NCBI GenBank assembly: GCA_040235515.1
Contig: JBECKX010000207.1
Span: forward strand, 1 to 12,486
Reading direction: 5' to 3'
Source of the DNA: Candidatus Zixiibacteriota bacterium
GTDB taxonomy: Bacteria; Zixibacteria; MSB-5A5; CAIYYT01
Length of the DNA: 12,486 nt
Below, in pieces: positions 7,601-12,486 of this stretch. Within the stretch, counting starts at the first letter, position 1, and every line of letters starts with the position of its first letter. The notes under the pieces were generated by a model. The model saw nothing but the letters and a program-made list of their open reading frames with translations. It searched no databases and was not told where the DNA came from. The position numbers and the translations under genes were made by a program.

Positions 7601-8938
7601 TCAGCCGATCTCCCGTTGCTGGTCAAAGACACGTCCGATCTGGTCATCCACTTTCCGTGAATCGAGGTTCTTCAGGATCAGCCGGATACCGCGATCGTAG
7701 GTAATGTAGTTCCAGACCCAATTAAGAAGAACGACTGCCCGGTTGCGGAAACCGATCAGATAGAGGAGGTGGACGATGCCCCAGATCACCCAGGCAAACC
7801 AGCCCTGAAACTTGATCCGCTTGAAATCCGCGACCGCCCGGTTGCGGCCGATGGTTGCCAGCGAACCCTTATCGTAGTAACTGAATGGAGTCAGCGCTTT
7901 CCCGGCGAGGAGAGCGCGTATATTTCTGGCGAGATGTCTCCCCTGCTGGATCGCGACAGCCGCGACCATCGGGTGCCCGTGCGGGTAGTAGTCATCACAC
8001 ATCAGAGAAACATCCCCGATCGCGAAGAGGTTGGTATGGCCCTCGACGCGGCCATACTGATCGACCTTGATGCGGTTTCCTTTCGCGATTGCCTCCGGGG
8101 CCAGCCCCGGAATCGGGTCGCCATGCACGCCCGCGGTCCAGATAACAGTGTCGGTGCGGAGATCTTTATGGCCGTTGCCGTTCTTCAGTTTGACGGTGTG
8201 GCCATCGTAGGTTTCGACCGGCGAGTTCAGCCAGACATTCACATCGAGGTCTTTCAAGAATCGACACGCCCCCTCCGAGGCTTCCCGCGACATAGCGGGC
8301 AAGACGCGATCGGTGGCTTCGATAACATGTACCTGCATCCTGCGCAGATCAAGTTCCGGGTAGTCGATCGGGAGGATATGCCGCTTGAGTTCTCCCAGTG
8401 CACCCGCCAGTTCGACTCCGGTCGGCCCGCCGCCGACAATCACGAAATTCATCAATGCCTCGCGCTGAGAAACGTCGGTCGTGAGGAGTGCGCGTTCGAG
8501 GTTCTGCAGCATCAGGTTGCGCAAATCAAAGGCGTCCTGGATAGTTTTCAGCGGAAAGGCGGTCTTCTCCAGCGCGTCATTGCCGAAGTAGTTGGTTTTG
8601 GTACCGGTAGCGATTACGAGGTAGTCATACGAGATTTTGCCGATCGAGGTCTCGATCTCGTTTGACTCCGGGTGGATCCGGGTCACCTCCGCCATCCGGA
8701 AGAGGAGATTATCGTGCTTCTGCAGGGTTTTCCTGAGTGGGTAGGCGATCGAATCGGGCTCAAGCCCCGACGTAGCCACCTGGTAGAGCAGTGGCTGAAA
8801 GGTATGGTAGTTATGTTGATCGATCAGTACGACCTGCAGTTCGGCGCCTTTCAAGCCACGGGCGAGGTTCAGTCCGGCGAAGCCGCCGCCGATGATGATC
8901 ACGCGGGGCAGGTGTGATGCAGGGATATTGAACGCCAC
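7601..8938 (-). CDS. ndh: Type II NADH:quinone oxidoreductase (NDH-2)
   Basis: FAD motif IIGGGFAG, FQPLLYQVAT, NADH motif IVGGGPTGVELAG, WTAGV, FAIGD, AIQQG, DKGSLATIGR and C-terminal amphipathic helices. GTG start with an AAGGAG RBS. Confidence 0.95.
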   Translation of the reverse strand: MAFNIPASHLPRVIIIGGGFAGLNLARGLKGAELQVVLIDQHNYHTFQPLLYQVATSGLEPDSIAYPLRKTLQKHDNLLFRMAEVTRIHPESNEIETSIGKISYDYLVIATGTKTNYFGNDALEKTAFPLKTIQDAFDLRNLMLQNLERALLTTDVSQREALMNFVIVGGGPTGVELAGALGELKRHILPIDYPELDLRRMQVHVIEATDRVLPAMSREASEGACRFLKDLDVNVWLNSPVETYDGHTVKLKNGNGHKDLRTDTVIWTAGVHGDPIPGLAPEAIAKGNRIKVDQYGRVEGHTNLFAIGDVSLMCDDYYPHGHPMVAAVAIQQGRHLARNIRALLAGKALTPFSYYDKGSLATIGRNRAVADFKRIKFQGWFAWVIWGIVHLLYLIGFRNRAVVLLNWVWNYITYDRGIRLILKNLDSRKVDDQIGRVFDQQREIG

Positions 8939-8994
8939 TTTCAGTCTCTCCTTCCGCGGCTGGCGGGACCAAGATCAAACCCGGAACCGCAATC

Positions 8995-9012
8995 AAGTGA
9001 CCAATTTCACTA
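8995..9012. promoter_or_regulatory. Rex- or CRP/FNR-like operator upstream of ndh
   Basis: AGTGA-N6-TCACT palindrome (8996-9011). Minus strand TAGTGAA-ATTG-GTCACTT compares with the Rex consensus TTGTGAA-N4-TTCACAA. Confidence 0.5.
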
Positions 9013-9161
9013 ATAAAACGACGACTTTATGCATCCTTTTTGAACAAATATTCGCACCTGGCCAAAATTCGCACGTTTGCGAAACCCTTTATTTTACAGG
9101 GGTTTAGTGCGATTGCGGATCAACCATAGCTGACACGCTGTCCTTGATGCGGGTGATTTAC

Positions 9162-9194
9162 TTGCAATTGTGCCGATAAACTATTATATATAAC
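9162..9194 (+). promoter_or_regulatory. Probable promoter for the KamA-family gene
   Basis: TTGCAA (9162-9167) followed by the AT-rich TATTATATATAAC (9182-9194). The exact -10/-35 register is ambiguous. Confidence 0.4.
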
Positions 9195-9209
9195 TGCTAG
9201 TGAAATTCA

Positions 9210-9462
9210 CGGACCGCTGGCAAGGCAGCCGATGTCTGATGCGCATCGGCAACAGCGAGGCACAGGTCGACACCAGAGAATGCATGAGTTAGACCTAACA
9301 CGCCGGTCCGATCCCACTGCGAGATAAACGAGCAAAGACTTTTAGGGGGCAGACATAGCTATCAAACGCGGGAGTGCGCGAAGAGGGAATTTTCCGCCCC
9401 CGTCCTCCCAACATACGAATGTCTGAGGCTGACCTGGATCGGCTTCAGGAGTGTGTGGGACC
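9210..9462 (+). ncRNA. Candidate structured leader RNA, no recognised family
   Basis: Several nested stems found by eye: GCCGATG/CATCGGC, CGCTG/CAGCG, AGGTC/GACCT, CGGACCG/CGGTCCG, GGGGGC/GCCCCC, CTGAGGCTGA/TCGGCTTCAG, TCCCAC/GTGGGA. Confidence 0.3.
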
Positions 9463-9537
9463 TGGTTCGTAGACGAGGCGGGCCATCCGGTTGCCCGGCA
9501 TCCGGATTAGACCCGTGGAAGAGAAAGGAGTCGAGAT

Positions 9538-10800
9538 ATGACGCATACTGACGTGACCGGCGGTGGCAACACCAGCCTGGGTAGCGCTGGCAGCGCGGGC
9601 GCCACGAATGGCGCCGGGTCAGAGGTCAAATCGGAGACTGTCAAATCGGAGCCTTTTGCAAAGCGCCGAGTAAAGTTCATCCATAAACTCCATAAAATAC
9701 CTCAATTGACCGAAGATGAACGCGAACGTTTGGCTGATGTCGCCGCACGCTACGCATTTCGAGTAAACGACTACTACCTCAGCTTGATAAACTGGGATGA
9801 CCCCAACGATCCGATTCGCAGATTGGTGATACCTCACGAGAGCGAGATTACCGAGTGGGGTGCGCTGGACGCTTCGAATGAAGGCTCGGTAACGGTCGTA
9901 CCCAATGCTCAGCACAAGTATGGTTCAACTGTCCTGCTGTTGGTGACGGAAGTGTGTGCCGCCTATTGCCGCTACTGCTTCCGCAAGCGGCTGTTCATGA
10001 GCGACAACGAGGAAGCCACCCATAATCTGGCGAATATCGCTCAGGCGTTACGCTACATCAAGGAGCACAAGGAAGTAAACAATGTGCTGCTTACTGGCGG
10101 GGATCCAACGACTCTGATGACCGATCAGATCGAGATCGTCCTGAAGGCGCTGCGGTCGATTCCGCACGTGCGTATCATCCGCTTCGGTACCAAGACGCCG
10201 GCGTTCAATCCCTACCGCTTCCTGAACGATGAGAAGTTGATGGCGTTGCTCAAGAAGTATTCCCTGCCTGATAAGCGGATTTACTTCATGTGCCATTTTG
10301 ACCATCCGAACGAATTGACGGACGTGGCCAGAGAGGGATTGCGAGTGATTCAGCAGGCTGGCGTGATCTGCGTCAACCAGAATCCGATCATCCGCGGAAT
10401 CAGCGACGACCCGAGGGTGATGTCTGAGCTTTGGAACGAGCTGTCATACGTAGGCGTGCCGCAGTACTACGTCTTCCAGGGACGTCCGACGGCGGGCAAT
10501 GAGCCGTACGAGGTACCGATCGCCGAGGCTTATTTCAAAATCGAGGAAGCGAAGAAGCGGTGTTCGGGTGCTGCGAAGCGGTTGAAGTACTGCATGTCGC
10601 ACGAGTCGGGCAAGATCGAGATCCTGGCGGTTGATGACAGGCGCATTTATCTGAAGTATCATCGCGCCAAGTACCCGAAGGATGAGCAGCGTTTCCTGAT
10701 TTGCGAGCGCGACGATGAGGCATTCTGGCTTGACCAGCTCAAGCCGGTTGCGGGTTATGAGAACAAGTATACCGCGAGAATGACTCGACACGCGAAGTGA
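9538..10800 (+). CDS. KamA-family radical SAM/PLP aminomutase-like protein, substrate uncertain
   Basis: CAAYCRYCFRK (CxxxCxxC), HKY, LTGGDP, IRFGTK, HFDHPNE, QNPIIRGI, YYVFQ and SGK (putative PLP lysine). AAAGGAG RBS 7 nt before the ATG. Confidence 0.92.
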   Translation: MTHTDVTGGGNTSLGSAGSAGATNGAGSEVKSETVKSEPFAKRRVKFIHKLHKIPQLTEDERERLADVAARYAFRVNDYYLSLINWDDPNDPIRRLVIPHESEITEWGALDASNEGSVTVVPNAQHKYGSTVLLLVTEVCAAYCRYCFRKRLFMSDNEEATHNLANIAQALRYIKEHKEVNNVLLTGGDPTTLMTDQIEIVLKALRSIPHVRIIRFGTKTPAFNPYRFLNDEKLMALLKKYSLPDKRIYFMCHFDHPNELTDVAREGLRVIQQAGVICVNQNPIIRGISDDPRVMSELWNELSYVGVPQYYVFQGRPTAGNEPYEVPIAEAYFKIEEAKKRCSGAAKRLKYCMSHESGKIEILAVDDRRIYLKYHRAKYPKDEQRFLICERDDEAFWLDQLKPVAGYENKYTARMTRHAK

Positions 10801-10870
10801 TGGCGGGATAACACCGGATCACCTCGCTGCACAGCAGGGTTTCCGAGAAGTACCTGACAATTATCCGACA

Positions 10871-10911
10871 AGAAAAAGCCACGCTCTACCCGGAGCGTGG
10901 CTTTTGATTTT
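10871..10911. terminator. Bidirectional intrinsic terminator between the KamA-like and M1 genes
   Basis: AAAAGCCACGCTC (10874-10886) / GAGCGTGGCTTTT (10893-10905), with an A-run on the left and a T-run on the right. Confidence 0.88.
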
Positions 10912-10938
10912 AACCCAAACTTTGCACGACAACTGCAT

Positions 10939-12486
10939 CTATGGGCATGCAGCACACGGAGCAGGTCCGCCACCAAAGATATAGTTGATGATGTAGACTG
11001 CATCGGCGATGGAGACTGCACCGCTGCAATCAGCATCTCCAACCGAGATCGGATCAGGCGCCGGTCCCCCACCGAAGATGAAGTTAATGATGAAAACTGC
11101 ATCCCCTATCGACACCGCCCCACTGCCATCGGCATCACCACAAATCGCGGAGGGTGGCACAACCGTGATGTTGTAACTCAGGGTATCCGCCAGTTGCGGA
11201 GCGGAGGCATCCTTGCAGACGATCGTAAAGAAGTACTCCGCCTGGAACGTGGGTGTACCCGAGATGGTAGCAGTTCCGGCATCGAACGTCAAACCAAACG
11301 GTAAGTCACCGCCAAAGAACTGCCAGGTGTATGGCAGCACACCACCAACAGCACTTAACGTTTGAGAATAGAATTCGCCTTCGGGAGCGTCCGGCAACTC
11401 GCGCGTCGCGATTTTCAGCCCGAACGGTACGTGGCTGGCCGTGCGGAGAATCCACTGATTGTAGTCGAAGAGCACCGCCGTCACGGAGTCGGCGAAACTC
11501 AGTTCATAATACTTGAAGCGGTTATCATTCCAGAGGGTCGTGTCAATGGTTCCGCCGGTCGTTATGAATCTCATCCTGACCGGCATGGTGTATGTTGTAG
11601 GGAACGCTTGTGCCTGCACGATAAACAAAGGCAGGTCGTAGCCCCCCATACCATCGTTCTTGCATTCCCAGCCAAACTGATACACCGGATAGCCCTCACC
11701 ATAAATCCACTCATTCGTGAACCAGGAGATATCGGAACCGATCGTATTGTTCACTACCGAAACGAAATCCTCTGTTGTAGCCCCACCGAAGCGGTATTGC
11801 GAATTGGCGAAATCGCGGATCGACTGGAAGAAGAGCGAATCGCCCAGAACGCCGCGCAGCATGTGAAGAACCCATGAAGCTTTATTGTAGCTGAGGTTGT
11901 TATCATAAATCTCTTCCGGAGTCAGGTTCTCCACGTAGATAGAGCCCGGTCCAAAATACTGCTGGGTCAACATGTAGTTACGATATGCCGTAGCGCCCTG
12001 TGTCTCCTCGAAATAGAGCGATTCCGAATAGGAGGCGAAACCTTCGTTGATCCAGATATGATTGAATGTCTTGCAGGTTATCATGTCGCCCCACCACTGG
12101 TGGCCCGATTCGTGGGCGATTACCCAATCGGTGTGGAAGTCAGTCGCGTACATGCAGAAGGTTTGGTGCTCCATGGCGCCGTACCAGCCGAAATCGGCAT
12201 GTCCCATCTTCTCGTTGATGAACGGGTATTCGGTATAACGATCGGACAAGATGGTCAGCACCTCCGGTCCGTAGGTTGCGAAAGCATTCATCGCTTCGGA
12301 ATTGCCAGGAAGTGAGTAGGTGTAGAAGGGGATTGTGTCATTGCCATAGCCCCATTGCTGCACGGCGGTCACATAATCGGTGACGCAGAATGCGACGCAG
12401 TAGGTGGCGATCGGATACCTGTGCCGCCAGTGCTCCAGCTTCCGCCCCCCACCGACATCGGTCGAGGAGATCAAGAGGCCGTTGGT
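10939..12486 (-). CDS. M1 family aminopeptidase with Ig-like and dockerin-like C-terminal domains (5' truncated)
   Basis: GAMEH exopeptidase motif, HESGHQWWG...WINEGFASY (HExxH-x18-E) and SYNKASWVLHMLR. Frame is open to the window edge. Confidence 0.93.
   Translation of the reverse strand, partial: TNGLLISSTDVGGGRKLEHWRHRYPIATYCVAFCVTDYVTAVQQWGYGNDTIPFYTYSLPGNSEAMNAFATYGPEVLTILSDRYTEYPFINEKMGHADFGWYGAMEHQTFCMYATDFHTDWVIAHESGHQWWGDMITCKTFNHIWINEGFASYSESLYFEETQGATAYRNYMLTQQYFGPGSIYVENLTPEEIYDNNLSYNKASWVLHMLRGVLGDSLFFQSIRDFANSQYRFGGATTEDFVSVVNNTIGSDISWFTNEWIYGEGYPVYQFGWECKNDGMGGYDLPLFIVQAQAFPTTYTMPVRMRFITTGGTIDTTLWNDNRFKYYELSFADSVTAVLFDYNQWILRTASHVPFGLKIATRELPDAPEGEFYSQTLSAVGGVLPYTWQFFGGDLPFGLTFDAGTATISGTPTFQAEYFFTIVCKDASAPQLADTLSYNITVVPPSAICGDADGSGAVSIGDAVFIINFIFGGGPAPDPISVGDADCSGAVSIADAVYIINYIFGGGPAPCAACP
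10942..11142 (-). other. Dockerin-like C-terminal module, copy 3 (67 aa)
   Basis: CGDADGSGAVSIGDAVFIINFIFGGGPAP...DADCSGAVSIADAVYIINYIFGGGPAPCAACP. 50/67 identical to copy 1 by manual count. Confidence 0.85.

Noticed and set aside
7769..8665. 298-aa plus-strand ORF
   Set aside because: Entirely antisense to the well-supported ndh. Typical shadow ORF in GC-rich DNA.
9200..9537. Known RNA families (tmRNA, RNase P, SRP, tRNA, lysine/SAM/c-di-AMP riboswitch)
   Set aside because: Hallmark motifs not found by eye (e.g. GAGGAAAGTCC, a T-arm with CCA end, the SRP GGAA/AGCAG loop). A cmscan run is still needed.
778..11142. Repeated C-terminal modules as DGR template/variable repeats
   Set aside because: No reverse transcriptase, all copies are coding, and differences are not adenine-specific.
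10897..11877. Plus-strand ORFs of 135 and 171 aa
   Set aside because: Antisense to the M1 gene, no recognisable motifs, and one starts inside the terminator.

Overview
GC-rich bacterial chromosomal window. The C-terminal dockerin style resembles candidate phylum Zixibacteria (inference only). In order: 3' end of a pyruvate:ferredoxin/flavodoxin oxidoreductase (+); a 1287-aa secreted S8 subtilase (-); a decayed REP-associated tyrosine transposase (RAYT) pseudogene (-) between two inverted REP-like hairpins; an M43 pappalysin/ulilysin-type metalloprotease with TSP3 repeats (-); type II NADH dehydrogenase (-); a 600-bp divergent intergenic region with operator-like palindromes and a long structured leader; a KamA-family radical SAM aminomutase (+); and a 5'-truncated M1 aminopeptidase (-). 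Main observations: (1) three unrelated peptidases end in the same 67-aa, four-cysteine dockerin-like module, suggesting a cellulosome-like proteolytic complex or a dedicated C-terminal sorting tag; (2) the KamA homolog appears to lack both lysine-binding aspartates, so its substrate may be new; (3) its ~330-nt leader is a candidate unknown riboswitch or ncRNA; (4) the RAYT hairpins have a GCAG foot instead of GTAG/GGAG.
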